This document shows positions 8,379 through 19,900 of a stretch of 49,612 bases of DNA, one piece after another. The notes below the pieces were generated by a model. It saw nothing but the letters and a program-made list of their open reading frames with translations, was not told the origin of the DNA and ran no database searches. This stretch comes from an uncultured Desulfobulbia bacterium (GTDB lineage Bacteria; Desulfobacterota; Desulfobulbia; Desulfobulbales; S012-135): assembly GCA_964423785.1 (NCBI GenBank), contig CAYRGZ010000002.1:1-49612 (forward strand), written 5' to 3'. Numbering within the stretch: the first letter of the stretch is position 1; the number at the start of each line of letters is the position of its first letter. The position numbers were made by a program, and so were the translations under genes.

Positions 8379-11300
8379 ATGTCACAATCCCATATCTGGC
8401 AGGTGCTCGACCATCTTCGGGACGAGTTACCCGCCCATGATGTGCCTGTGACTTTGGCCGCGCTTCTTTATCTCCGTTGGGCCGATTTCCAGGAAGCTGA
8501 GCAGGAGGCCATCGCCGCCTTTGACGAGGCTGATTACGACCCGGTGCTGCCCGCCGCGCTACACTGGCGATCCTGGTATGACCTTCCGCCACATGATCTG
8601 CCGGAACTTTTCTCGGACCGGCTTGCTCCGGCATTGGAGCGGCTGAACAATTCCCGTCACAATCCACTCGCGACCCACCTGCACCGAATTGCATCGGCGG
8701 TGAAGGACTTGGGGCGGCTGTCGCCCCACGCTCTGGAAGCGCTCATCCACTGGCTGGCACAGCAGCCCTTCGAAACACCATCGGACCGGCGCGCCTTGTT
8801 GGACGTTTTCGACGCCTTGTTGGACAGAGTTCCTGACAAGTCTTTCAGTGAGTTTCGCACCCCAGCCGCCATCGTCAGCCTGCTTGTCGAGCTGGCCGCG
8901 CCCGCGCCGGGGGACCGTGTCTACGACCCGTGCTTTGGTACGGCGGGTTTGCTCACTGCCGCCTGTGACCACGTTCTGCGCAAGGGGAAGGACCGCTTCA
9001 GCCGCAATGGCGGTCCTGGTTTGATGGTTTCGGGTGTCGAGCTGAACGCAGATGCCTTTGTCATCGGCTTGACGCGTCTTGCTTTGGCGGGTGTCGATGA
9101 TCCACAGCTTGAACTGGGCAACAGTTTGGAGCGCACGCCACCCAACAACCCGCAACAGGATGGATTTGACATTGTGTTGGCCAATCCCCCCTGGGGCATG
9201 CGTGTTCAGCCCGCTGGCCTGGATCATTTCCCCGTGCGGACCACGGACACAACGGGGCTGTTCATCCAGCATGCCTTGACCCAGCTTCGGCCTGAAGGCC
9301 GGGCCGTACTGGTTGTTCCCGAGGGGTTCCTTTTCCGAGGAGGTCCGGAGCGTAAATTGCGCAGGATGCTGGTGGAGCAGCACACGGTTGAGGCGGTTGT
9401 GTCTCTCCCCGCTGGCGCGTTCCTTCCTCATACGGGCATCAAGGCCAGTGTCCTCTTACTGCGTCGCGGTGGCTTGACAAAGCACATCCGAATGGTGGAT
9501 GCGGAATTCTACTTTGAGAAAGGCAAAGGGCGGAAACCCGCCACCATCCAACCTGAACAAATACAAAAGCTGGCCAAAGAAATCCGAACGCCAACGCCAT
9601 CCAGGAATTGCTGGGATGTGGATATTGAATCGCTGGCCGAGGTGGATTGGGATTTTACCCCGAAGCGCCGCGACCGGAGCGGCCTGCTCAGTATCCTTGA
9701 TTCGCTTCGATCCGAAGTGGACGTCCTTCCCCTCAAGGAGTGCTGCAAGATTTCAAGGGGGCGGATATTTCCGCGAGACCAACTCCTTGACGAGCCTCCA
9801 CCTCGCCCAACGGCCTGGGAACAGGCAAGTTTATTCCCTGAAACGAATACGGTACGGCAGCGAACGCTCTTCGATGCACCGATTATTCCCTATGTTCGGA
9901 TAAAGGATGTGCAACGGGGGCAGGCTTCCAGGGGGTCGTCCTGGTTATCCCCGGATGCGGCCGCTTCCGTGGATGCCAGGTGGAAGCTCAAGGCGGGCGA
10001 TGTGCTCCTTTCCAAATCCGGCACAATCGGCAAGGCCGGGGTGGTCCGAAACGGGGCGGTGGGAGCGGTTGCCGCCAGCGGCCTGTTCGTTCTTCGCCCC
10101 GACCAGGACCGCCTCGATCCGCACTTCCTTCTGGCTTACTTCGATAGCAGTGAGTGCCGGGCATGGCTGGATGACAAGGCCCGCGGGGCAACGATTCGAC
10201 ACCTGTCCAGGCGTATCCTGGGTGAGATGCCTGTGCCGCTGCCACCGCTTCAGATTCAGCAGCGTGTTGCAACTCAGCACCGCGGACATGGTGTCGATGT
10301 ATTGGCGTTCCTGGCCCAGCTCCTGACGCAGGGAGAAGATGATCCCATTGCACAGTGGCTCGACAAAGCTGCAACGGGATTGCCTCTCGATGTTGATGCG
10401 GTTGACGATCCACTGGACCTTGCCCCGCTGGATCGCCTTGCTTCGGAGGTTCGCGAGATTCGCAACCGGGTCGCGCACGACAGCCGGGGTGACAGCGCCC
10501 TTGCGGCGTGGATTCTCGCCTTTAACGAGGCAGTCTCCGGTCTTCGTGGTGTCCGCGCTATCCCGCAAGGACCAGGCCTGCTGAGCGTGTTACAGGAATC
10601 GGTCCGGGCATTGAAGGCGACGATGCCGCTGATTGCGGGGCATCTTCCGAATGAAGCTAAAGCGAGAAGTCTGACCAGGCTGGTGTCAACCTGGTTGGAC
10701 CGTGCGTGCTCGGCATTGCTTGGCAAGGTGAAAGTGGTCGTAAGCGCGGATGCCGCGACGTTGCCTGTTGGCGAAATGGTGGAGGTTACCCTCAGCGTTC
10801 ACAACCAGGGACCGCTACCATTACGCAATCTGAACATCTCGACAAGTCCTGACTGGGGGCGGGGTGATACCGACTATTTGGCAGAAGACGCAAAGATGGC
10901 TGTCGAACTGGTCGGGACCGGCCCCAAGAAAGCTGGTACGTTCACGCTGTCAGTGGAGTGGTCAGCCAACACACTTGACGGACAGACAACAGATGGGGTT
11001 CGCGAGATCGCGTTCGACGTCGTCGATACGATCCCGGATACCGGCGGGAACGATCTGGATATAGGCGGAAGCCCCTATGTTTGCGGCGATCCGGTCAGCC
11101 CCGAACGTAACGATGTGTTTTTCGGTCGTGAGGAACTACTGGAGCAGATCCGCCGTCAGGTTATCCGGAGTGGCAACGTGGTCCTGCTTGAAGGCAACCG
11201 CCGTTCGGGCAAGTCTTCTATCCTCTGGCATCTGGAGGGCACGAATGGTGTCCCCGGCTGGTTGGGTGTCTATTGCAGCCTGCAGGGTGCGGAGGGCAGC

Positions 11301-12305
11301 AAGGATGGCGTGGGCGTACCTACTGTCGAAGTGTTCCGGGAAATGGCCAAGAGCATTGCCAGGAGCATGCAGGCACTTGACGATAAAACACCTCTGCCGG
11401 ACGGCACCATACTTCCACCGGGCAAGAAACTCGGTATAGCCAAAGCATGCCGCAACGGGATCGGCGAAACGTCATCGTTTTCAGACTTCCGCGATTATGT
11501 TGAAGTCGCTCTTGAAACTCTGGCTAAACACGATCTTGGCCTGCTGTTGATGCTGGACGAGTTCGACAAGCTCCAGGAGGGCATTGATAGCGGCGTCACG
11601 TCGCCACAAGTCCCGGAAAACATTCGTTTCCTCGTTCAGTCCTACACGCGGTTTTGTGCAATCCTGACCGGCTCCCGGCGGTTGAAACGGCTGCGCGAGG
11701 AGTACTGGTCCGCCCTTTATGGTCTTGGAACCCGTTTTGGTGTGACCTCGCTGCCCGCCGAGTATGCCCGGCGTCTAGTCACCGAGCCAGTGAAGGGACG
11801 TCTTACCTACTCACGGGAAGCCGTTGAACGGGCGATCTTCCTGACCTCCGGGCAACCGTATCTCCTTCAGTGCTTGTGTAACCGTATTTTCGACATGTCC
11901 GCCCAATTGAAGACTCGGTCAGTGACGCTTGACTTGGTGGATCAGGCAGGAAATGCCCTTGTCGAGGACAACGAGCACTTCGCCAGTCTATGGGACTACG
12001 CCCAGTCTGATCGAAGGCGGTTCATCCTCGCGCTCTGCCACAAAGAAGCCGACAGCCCGGATCTCCTTCGACTGGGGGTAATTCAAGAGAGGTTATTCAG
12101 CCATGGCATCGAGGTCAGTGACGAGACCTTGATCGAGGACCTTGAATTCCTGCGAGAACTCGAACTCATCAAACTCGTAGGCGAAACCGGCGGAGGTCAC
12201 TACGTGTTGGCCATCCCGCTGATGGGGGCCTGGATCGAGAAACAACAGGACTTCGCGGCCGTCAAAAGCAAGGCAAGGTTGGAAACGGAGGATCTACATG
12301 AGTAA
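8379..12305 (+). CDS. Multidomain fusion: N6-adenine DNA methyltransferase, HsdS-type TRD, HEPN-like motif, beta-sandwich, P-loop (ORC/STAND-like) ATPase and a winged-helix-like tail
   Basis: MTase motif I is VYDPCFGTAGLL and motif IV is ANPPWGM (nt 9183-9194). The TRD reads LPLKECCKISRGRIF...GDVLLSKSGTIGKAGVV...GATIRHLSRRILGEMPVPLPPLQIQQRV. The HEPN-type motif EVREIRNRVAHD lies at nt 10461-10478. An Ig-like stretch follows (VEVTLSVHNQGPLPLRNLNIS...GTFTLSVEWS). ATPase motifs are FFGREELL...VVLLEGNRRSGKSSIL (Walker A) and LLLMLDEFDKL (Walker B). The listed ORF starts at 8334; the ATG at 8379 has SD GAGGAA and lies 4 nt after the upstream stop. Confidence 0.8.
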   Translation: MSQSHIWQVLDHLRDELPAHDVPVTLAALLYLRWADFQEAEQEAIAAFDEADYDPVLPAALHWRSWYDLPPHDLPELFSDRLAPALERLNNSRHNPLATHLHRIASAVKDLGRLSPHALEALIHWLAQQPFETPSDRRALLDVFDALLDRVPDKSFSEFRTPAAIVSLLVELAAPAPGDRVYDPCFGTAGLLTAACDHVLRKGKDRFSRNGGPGLMVSGVELNADAFVIGLTRLALAGVDDPQLELGNSLERTPPNNPQQDGFDIVLANPPWGMRVQPAGLDHFPVRTTDTTGLFIQHALTQLRPEGRAVLVVPEGFLFRGGPERKLRRMLVEQHTVEAVVSLPAGAFLPHTGIKASVLLLRRGGLTKHIRMVDAEFYFEKGKGRKPATIQPEQIQKLAKEIRTPTPSRNCWDVDIESLAEVDWDFTPKRRDRSGLLSILDSLRSEVDVLPLKECCKISRGRIFPRDQLLDEPPPRPTAWEQASLFPETNTVRQRTLFDAPIIPYVRIKDVQRGQASRGSSWLSPDAAASVDARWKLKAGDVLLSKSGTIGKAGVVRNGAVGAVAASGLFVLRPDQDRLDPHFLLAYFDSSECRAWLDDKARGATIRHLSRRILGEMPVPLPPLQIQQRVATQHRGHGVDVLAFLAQLLTQGEDDPIAQWLDKAATGLPLDVDAVDDPLDLAPLDRLASEVREIRNRVAHDSRGDSALAAWILAFNEAVSGLRGVRAIPQGPGLLSVLQESVRALKATMPLIAGHLPNEAKARSLTRLVSTWLDRACSALLGKVKVVVSADAATLPVGEMVEVTLSVHNQGPLPLRNLNISTSPDWGRGDTDYLAEDAKMAVELVGTGPKKAGTFTLSVEWSANTLDGQTTDGVREIAFDVVDTIPDTGGNDLDIGGSPYVCGDPVSPERNDVFFGREELLEQIRRQVIRSGNVVLLEGNRRSGKSSILWHLEGTNGVPGWLGVYCSLQGAEGSKDGVGVPTVEVFREMAKSIARSMQALDDKTPLPDGTILPPGKKLGIAKACRNGIGETSSFSDFRDYVEVALETLAKHDLGLLLMLDEFDKLQEGIDSGVTSPQVPENIRFLVQSYTRFCAILTGSRRLKRLREEYWSALYGLGTRFGVTSLPAEYARRLVTEPVKGRLTYSREAVERAIFLTSGQPYLLQCLCNRIFDMSAQLKTRSVTLDLVDQAGNALVEDNEHFASLWDYAQSDRRRFILALCHKEADSPDLLRLGVIQERLFSHGIEVSDETLIEDLEFLRELELIKLVGETGGGHYVLAIPLMGAWIEKQQDFAAVKSKARLETEDLHE

Positions 12306-13917
12306 TCCGAGGTTCCCCATATTAGGTACCGAGATCCCGCCGATGCTCGGCCGCGCCGGAATCATGCATCGCATCTGGAACGATCTCACCAAGACCACTC
12401 CAAGCAACCTTTCGGTGATCGGGCCGCGATTCGTGGGCAAGACAGTCATCATGAATGCCCTGGCCCAACGTATCACCGATGAAGAATCCCCCTATGAGTT
12501 CGTACTGTATTGGCACCTTGGTCATGTAGCACCGGCATCGGATGAAGATTTTATAGCCCAGCTCTGCGAGCGACTGCGCGACTGCCTGGCTCAATCACAA
12601 GCGGATACTTCCGAATATCGCAAGCACCTTGAGGATCATTCCTTCAGCAATCTGGCGGAAGTAGCTGAATTGCTTGACGGGGAGGGTTGGTCTGTTCTCA
12701 TGCTTTGGGATGGCTTCGACAAGCCTTTGGGCCAAGGAAAGCTGACGGGACACCTCTGGGATCAGATGCGGACGATGTTCTACGGCAAGAAGCACAAGAT
12801 AGTTACGGCAACGCGAAAACCGCTGAGCGAGTTGATCCGCAGTCAGGATGCCATCACCAGTCCGTTCTGGAATATCTTCGACATGAATCCCGTGCGCGTC
12901 GATGCCTTCGACGAGCAGGACCGTGAGGCGATCATCAAGGAATTATCGGCGCACAGTTTCCTGGCGGGGGCGAAAACCGAACTGGCCAACTGGTCTGCAG
13001 GATTTCCACCGCTTTTCCTGGGAATTTTGAATCAGATTGCCTGCGACATTCCGGCCGGGCAGGTGGACAACGAAACCGTCAACCGGGCGGCGAAGAAGGC
13101 CCTGGAGAATCTCTCCGATGTGATCTCGGCGATGTGGCAAGACTGTCCCGCTGGTGCAAAAGATCTCTACAGCCATCTTGTAGATCGTAGAGATTTTCTC
13201 TTCGATGATGCTGGGAAGGATGAAAGGGACTGCTTGATCGAGAAGGGCTTCGCCAGGAAAACGGGCAATAAGTTGACAGCCTCGTGTCGTATGCTTCAGG
13301 AGTATATCCAGGGTGCCGGGCCAGATGCCGGCAGCATGGCGCGCCTATTCAGATCATGGGATGATTATCAGGCTAACATCCGCGGTTTGCTCGAGCGCCG
13401 ACTGGCTCATATATCACGTTTTGATGATCGGCTGCATCGGCTCGTGGCCCGAGCTATTGAGGATATTCCTGATTTTCCTGACGACTGCCTGAACAATCTG
13501 ACGGGGATCAGAGATACCGCCTTGCAGATTATTTGGCAACGCGAGTTCGGGCCTGAAATGCGCGTGCCTCAGAATCTTGTTTCCTACTGGACGGAAAATC
13601 CACGCAGTAACCACAGATTGATTTCGGACATGATGCAGTCAGACAACTGGAGGATTTCTGACGATCCGCTGAATCAAATTCGCCTGTTGGGACTGTTGAC
13701 CGGGTGCCATAGAGATTTCGACGCGAAAGCGAAGGTCACCACAAAGGATACCTATGTTCTGATTGATGCCATTCATAACTTCCGAAACCGCTCCCAGCAC
13801 CCGGATGGACAAGCCATCCACCTTGGCGTGGCCGTCGCAGCGATCATGAGTTGCTTGGAACTACTGGCTTGCCTGGAACGGGAAAGCGTGACTTTGATAC
13901 CTGGGGGAGGGGCATGA
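12298..13917 (+). CDS. P-loop ATPase with C-terminal HEPN-like (RNxxxH) domain
   Basis: 539 aa. The start overlaps the upstream gene by 8 nt. Walker A is VIGPRFVGKTVIMNAL and Walker B-like is VLMLWDGFDKP. The C-terminal motif is IHNFRNRSQHPDG (R496-x4-H501, nt 13783-13800). Confidence 0.7.
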   Translation: MSNPRFPILGTEIPPMLGRAGIMHRIWNDLTKTTPSNLSVIGPRFVGKTVIMNALAQRITDEESPYEFVLYWHLGHVAPASDEDFIAQLCERLRDCLAQSQADTSEYRKHLEDHSFSNLAEVAELLDGEGWSVLMLWDGFDKPLGQGKLTGHLWDQMRTMFYGKKHKIVTATRKPLSELIRSQDAITSPFWNIFDMNPVRVDAFDEQDREAIIKELSAHSFLAGAKTELANWSAGFPPLFLGILNQIACDIPAGQVDNETVNRAAKKALENLSDVISAMWQDCPAGAKDLYSHLVDRRDFLFDDAGKDERDCLIEKGFARKTGNKLTASCRMLQEYIQGAGPDAGSMARLFRSWDDYQANIRGLLERRLAHISRFDDRLHRLVARAIEDIPDFPDDCLNNLTGIRDTALQIIWQREFGPEMRVPQNLVSYWTENPRSNHRLISDMMQSDNWRISDDPLNQIRLLGLLTGCHRDFDAKAKVTTKDTYVLIDAIHNFRNRSQHPDGQAIHLGVAVAAIMSCLELLACLERESVTLIPGGGA

Positions 13918-16900
13918 CGACACCAGACCCTCGTCACTCCGGCCGTTCCGTAGACCGCCGCGGCGATGCCCGTATCATCCGCGGCGCGCTCGACGAGGTC
14001 AAGGCCATCCAGACTTTGCTCGCGGATATCTACAAGGATGCGGGTGATGGCCGAACTCTGGTGCGGGAGCTTGTCCAGAACGCGGATGATGCCGGTGCGG
14101 GGCGGCTGCTGTTCGTTGTCGTGGAGCAGGGGTGGGAAAACGCCGAAAACGGCCTGCTCCGTGGTCCTGGGCTGCTCGTGGTGAACAACGGCCCTTTCCC
14201 GGCCAGGGACCGCGACGCGCTGCACCAGGCTCTCGGCGGCTCCAAGGCGGATGATACCGGAAAGGTAGGCAGGTTCGGGATCGGGCTCAAAAGCGTCTTC
14301 CATATCTGCGAGGCCATAGTGTACGTGGGAGCCGAAGCCGGCACCTTGCGGCCTGGCGCGTTGAACCCCTGGGCCGGAACGGGTGAGCAGGATGACGCGG
14401 ACCCGCTGCACCCGGACTGGGACGAGGTGGGAGATAATGACCTGGCCATGCTTGAGAAAGCGGCAACCGAGCTGCTCGGGCGGTTCGACAATGGTCTGCT
14501 CCTGTGGATCCCCCTGCGTCGGCCCGCCCATCTCGATCGGGCCAGGGACCGGCCATACGGCCTGGGCCAATTCTGCCCGACAGCGGAAGAAATAGCCGGC
14601 TGGTTTAATCGCCCCGCCACCCTGGCGCTTTTGCTCGCGCAGTGTGGCTACCTGCGTTCTATCGAGGCGGGGCGGGCTGAGACCCCGGGCGGTCTTGCCG
14701 CTCGCACGCCGCTTGCCCGTGTGTCCCGTCCCGGCTTCGAGCCAGGAGCATGGGTCGGCCGTTACGACGACGATTCCACCGTGTCAAGGCGCTCATTTGA
14801 GGGAGCCATTGAAAGCAACGCGGGGGAGAATGGTGCGGACAGATGGGCGGTCCAGGGTGTAGAGGCATTGGGGCACGACAAGCTCTTTACGCTTCGTTCC
14901 AGCGGGGATTGGCCCATTGATCTCGTTCCGAAAGACGGGCATGTCGCCGAGGTCCCCAGGAAGGCCCTGGCACATGCCGCCGTGACCGTTCTTCGCGCCA
15001 ACAGCTCTCATGGGAACCGTGCTCTACGGGTTCGCTGGGCTGTGTTTTTGCCCCTCGATGACGCTCCTGTCCCGGGATCCAACACCTTGGTAGAGACTAC
15101 CGGGAGCGGCAAGGTGAACGGGGCCTGGGATATTATTCTGCATGGATATTTCTGGCCCTCGCACGACCGCAGATCGATTCCAGGCGTCACCGATGACGAC
15201 GACGGCACGGGGGACGGAGCCATGCGCGTCCGTTGGAACCGGAGCGTTCGGGACGAGTTGCTCCTTCCCCTGGTGCCGGCCGCCCTTGCCCGGGAGACGA
15301 ACAACCTGGACGCCGGGGTAGCGTGGCAATTTTTGCAGGCTGTCACTGAGACACGGATCGTCCGGGATCACCGCGAAGCTGTTACACGGCGCCACCTGCT
15401 CCTTCCAACCCTCACTGAAAGCGGCATCCGTTGGGACAAGAAAGCGAGAGAGGGGATGCGGATTTTGTCCATCCCAGCGTGGACAAAGGCACCTGAAGCG
15501 GTACGCAAGTCGTTTGCCGCGTTTTTGTCAAAACAGCCGGACAAGGTCGTGTTTATCGATAACGACGCACCGAGACTCGGCGGGGAACCGGGCCGATGGC
15601 CTGCGGACTGGCTGAAACGGCTGCTGGACTGCGTGCCGGCGGAGGCCTTTCACACGCCCCGGGACCTGAGATGGATCGAAGTCCTTGTTCGCCATGTCAT
15701 GGGATCCGGGGACTCTTTGGACGATGAGCTTGTCATTATCGTTGCCCGTTGGATTGGCCAGCGGATCGGCGAAGGGGTGTTGACACCCACGACGGGCGGA
15801 CCGGTCGACGATACGCGGGAGGACTTGCGGGAAGCCTGGCGGAGTCTTTTTTCCGCGTTCCCCGAAGAATGGCTGGTGGATGCCCCGGTGGACAGTCAAC
15901 ACGCCGTGGTTGAGCTGGCGGCCGCAGGCCTTGTCGGTGAGGGCCTTCTGCCGATCCCGCTCGGACGTCGGCCAGGCGCGCCCCCACGATCGCGGCCGGA
16001 GCCACAGCGCCTGGACAGTGCGCTGCTGGAGCTCGGAAGACGCCTTGCAGGGCCGGAAGGGACATCACAGCGCACCCGGAGATCCAGGCTGCTGCTGGCG
16101 GAGTCCCTCCTTGCCGTGCGCGAGGATATTCCTCTCGAGGAAGAGTTGGAATCCTTACCGCTGCTGCGTGCGCGCAGGTTGCCGGAGGACAGGGACGAGG
16201 CCTGGTCGATTGGGGATCTGCGTCGTCAGAATGAACGTCATCGCGTGTTCGCCCGGCCCAGCACCGACGTCGAAGACAGTGAGAGTGAGGAGGATGGCTC
16301 CTCCCTCGAAGCGCCGTCAGACCCCAAGCGCGCAGTGCAGGAGCTGTCCAGGGCGATCGGTGAACCTGTGTGGCTTGTCGAGGCAGCGGTCGGGGCTGCG
16401 GTTCGCGCGCCGGTTCCTGCGGCCGGCCCGCTGGCCAGCGCAGTACTATGTTCCGGGGCTATCCGGTCCGATCCATTGGAGCGACAGCCGCTTCTGCAGA
16501 GGATTTCGGCGGATTTGGTGGCGCTCGCAGCCGACGACGGAGACACCGTGCGTAATGCGATTCGGGCGCTGCTGACCGGGAGAGTCGCGGACGACGCGAT
16601 GGATGGCAGGCTTTACTATGTCCGGAGCCAGGACTCGGAACAGGCGGAGAACCAGAAGACGCTTGAAATTTTGCTCCGGCTCCTCAACCGGTCATGGTGC
16701 ATGGTCAGACCGGCGCTGATCGAATCGCTTCCGCATGCACTCGTGGAGGACCTCCTCGTCAAAGCCGTCGATGCAGGCGTACTCCATGATCTGCTGCGTG
16801 AGGCGCTGGATGAACCTGTCGACTGGAGCATGCTCGAACAATCAGAAGCCCTGCACCTGCTCAGGCACCTGTTCGAGACTGCACCCGAGAAGAAGGCGGC

Positions 16901-19900
16901 CTGGCGGGAGATGCCGCTCCACCGGGGGATCGACGGTGAACGCGGCCCCATTGACGGGCGGACATTTCGTCTCGCAGGGGATCTTCGGCCGCCGGCGGAT
17001 CTCGCTGCGGAAATCCGGCTGCTTGCCCCCGATCCAGAAGCAGCCGACCTCTATCATGATATTCGGGAGCTGGATGACGACGGCATTCTCCGGGCGATGC
17101 TGCAGAGTAAACGTCCCTGGCGGTTTGCCGACCAGATCATCAGGGGCCTTCAGCCTGACAACGAGGGGCGAGTGACCCTGCCAAGGGATAAGGAGCTTTT
17201 AGACCTGCTCAGACAAACCGATTGGTTGCCTGATAGTAACTCCCAAGGAGGCATTGCCCCCCAACAGATCCTCCTCCTTCCGAATGCATTGGAGACAGGT
17301 GTCTCAGTGCTCGCGAGCTCAGGCGCCCTTGGCGGCTACCGTCGCACCAATGACGTTCTGCCGGCGGTATGGAGCGCGGCGGGAAAAATCGTCCACGAGA
17401 TCCTCGGTCGTCCGGGTCGCTCTCGTCAGGTGCAGCATCTCGCTCAAGCCCTGGAGCCGGATCGGGTCGCCCGGGTCGACAATGGAGCATTCCTGATTCT
17501 GCCGGAAGCGCAGGCAATCGACATTTTGCTGATAAGGGACGCTCTTGAAACGCCGCTGGCAGGCTCTCATCAAGGGTGGGCGCTTCTCCATGCGGCGGCG
17601 GAAGCGGTCAAGGGCACCAAGCAATCCTTTGAGGATGTCACAGCGGCTGCTCGTGATGCCGTCATGGAGCTGGCCCGGTCGCTTTGTGCTCCCGCCCCTG
17701 CCTCGCGCCAGCTGGACATGTTAAAAACACTCTCGGCATCACGTCCCGCGAAAGACTCGGCATCCGGTCGTCTGTTTGGCAGACTCTTGGAATGCTTTGC
17801 GCGCACCGACGGGTTTTTCGAGGAGGTCCTGCCCGGCATGGACCTGCCGACCCAGGACGGCCGGTGGCATCCATCCCGCGAGGTTGCCCGGTCGGCCTCA
17901 GGCGTCGCGCGACGGCATCGAGTCCTGTCCGATCTTCGCGCCAGCCTTCGGCTCGACAGTGATGAGCCTGTCCGGGAGCAGGCGGCGGCTACGAAAGCCC
18001 GGATCGGACCCGGCACGGCCGATGCGCTCGCGAAATACTTCGAATCCTGGTCGGAACGAATCCCGCGCGGCGCTGTCGGCGCCTTCCTCGGGTTGCTCGG
18101 AAACGGGAAGGGCGATGCCATAGCGCGGCTGGCGGAAGAGTGGCTCGGGGATGATGTCAGTGTGGAGGGGATGCGCGCTGATCTAATCCCCGAGGATGAG
18201 AATGATTTCTGGGATGAGGAAGGGAACAATTTCTGGGACAAGGTCAAGGTCTTCGTGTCCGGGAGTGTCGCCCGAGGCAGCCGTGTGGAGGCGGTCAACG
18301 TCCTGGGGGAGCGGATCGAGATGGACGCCGACTCCGATCAGGATACCATCCTTGCCACCGACCCCATCCGGTGTCACTCCGTGCTCGGTGATTTCTGGGA
18401 TATTACGCTTCGCGATGTCGACCCGCAGCGCCGAACGGCCCCCGAACTTATCGGGCTGCTCGGAGGGACGGTAGAGTGGTGGGCTGTCCACATTCTGCGG
18501 GTTGATCCGCAGGCCGTGCGTGCCTGGTGGTCGCGCTGGGGGACGGGATCTCAGGCTCAGGTAGGACCCGTGCGGGCATCCATTCTGGCCCACCTGCCGC
18601 TTACCCTTCACCAGCTTGATGTGCGCGAATGTCCACCGCTTTGGGATGCGCTACGCGATGCTCAGCGGGCCCAGCGAAAACGTGAACAGGCCCCGCCGGC
18701 GCAGCTTCGGGATGCGATGAAAGCGGAACGGAGCGCGCTGGACCGGCTTGCGTCCCTCATTTGCGATGACCCGCAGCACCAGCGTTTCCTTTGGGAGCGC
18801 GTCCAGGGGCTGATACAACGCTTCGGCTACCGCGAAGACAGCGTTCTGCTTGAGCTCGCGCAGAATGCGGACGATGCCCTCGCTCAGGCCGCCGAGATCG
18901 CTGGAGGTGAGCTTGCGCCTGCCGCGCGCAGGCTCCTTGTCCGGATTCATGAGGTCGACGGCATACCGACGTTGGATATCACGCATTATGGACGACCGAT
19001 CAACGATACGGGAGGTGCCTCTTTCCCCCAGGGGCGCGAGCGGCAATGGGATCAGGATCTCTACTTCATGATGCTGCTGAACCTGAGCGGCAAGCCTGGC
19101 GAGGCGCCGGGCCACAGTACGGCCGCCTCGACGACCGGACGTTTTGGTCTCGGGTTCAAGTCGATCCATATCGTGTCGCGGAACCCGTCGGTGGTCAGCG
19201 GTTTTTTGGCCTTCTCTATCGCCGGAGGGTTGCTTCCCTCGGAGCAACCTGTTCCCGACGATCCCGACTTGCAGCCGGTGGAGGGATACCGGGCGACGCG
19301 AGTTCGATTGCCCTTGCGTGATGACCTGGATCCAACAGACCTTGTGCGGAAACTGTTTCAGCGCTTCATGTATGCGCGTACGCTCCTCCCTGTGTTCGCC
19401 CGTCAGCTTCGCGAGGTTGTTGTTGAAGGTGGCCCCTTCCCTGGAATCGCCAGGTTCAAGGAGGAGGTCATCATGGGCGCGCCAGGGTGGGCCGTTGCGA
19501 CGGAAACCACCGAGCTGCCGAATCACGAGCGGTGGCGCCTCGTGCGTTTCCGGCCTCCTGGCGCGAAGGGAAGCACGGTCGCGCTTGTGTTCGGTCTGAT
19601 AAACGGCGCTCCCGCCCCTTTCCCGTCGGATATGCCGTTCCTGTGGAATGTGACCCCTACGAGCGAGGGCTGGGGCTGCGGCTATGCGATCAACGGTCCC
19701 TTCAAACTGGACCCGGGAAGGACCCATGTCTCGTTGGATAGCGAGGAGACTCTCGCAGTCGTCGGCATGCTCGGAAAGGCTCTCGGCGCCGGCCTGGTTG
19801 AGCTGCACGACGCGCTGGAGGCTTCTGCGGGCGCCCTCGCACACGACCTGCCCACCACCGACAGGCTGCCCTCCTTCCTTGCGTCACTCTGGACCGTGCT

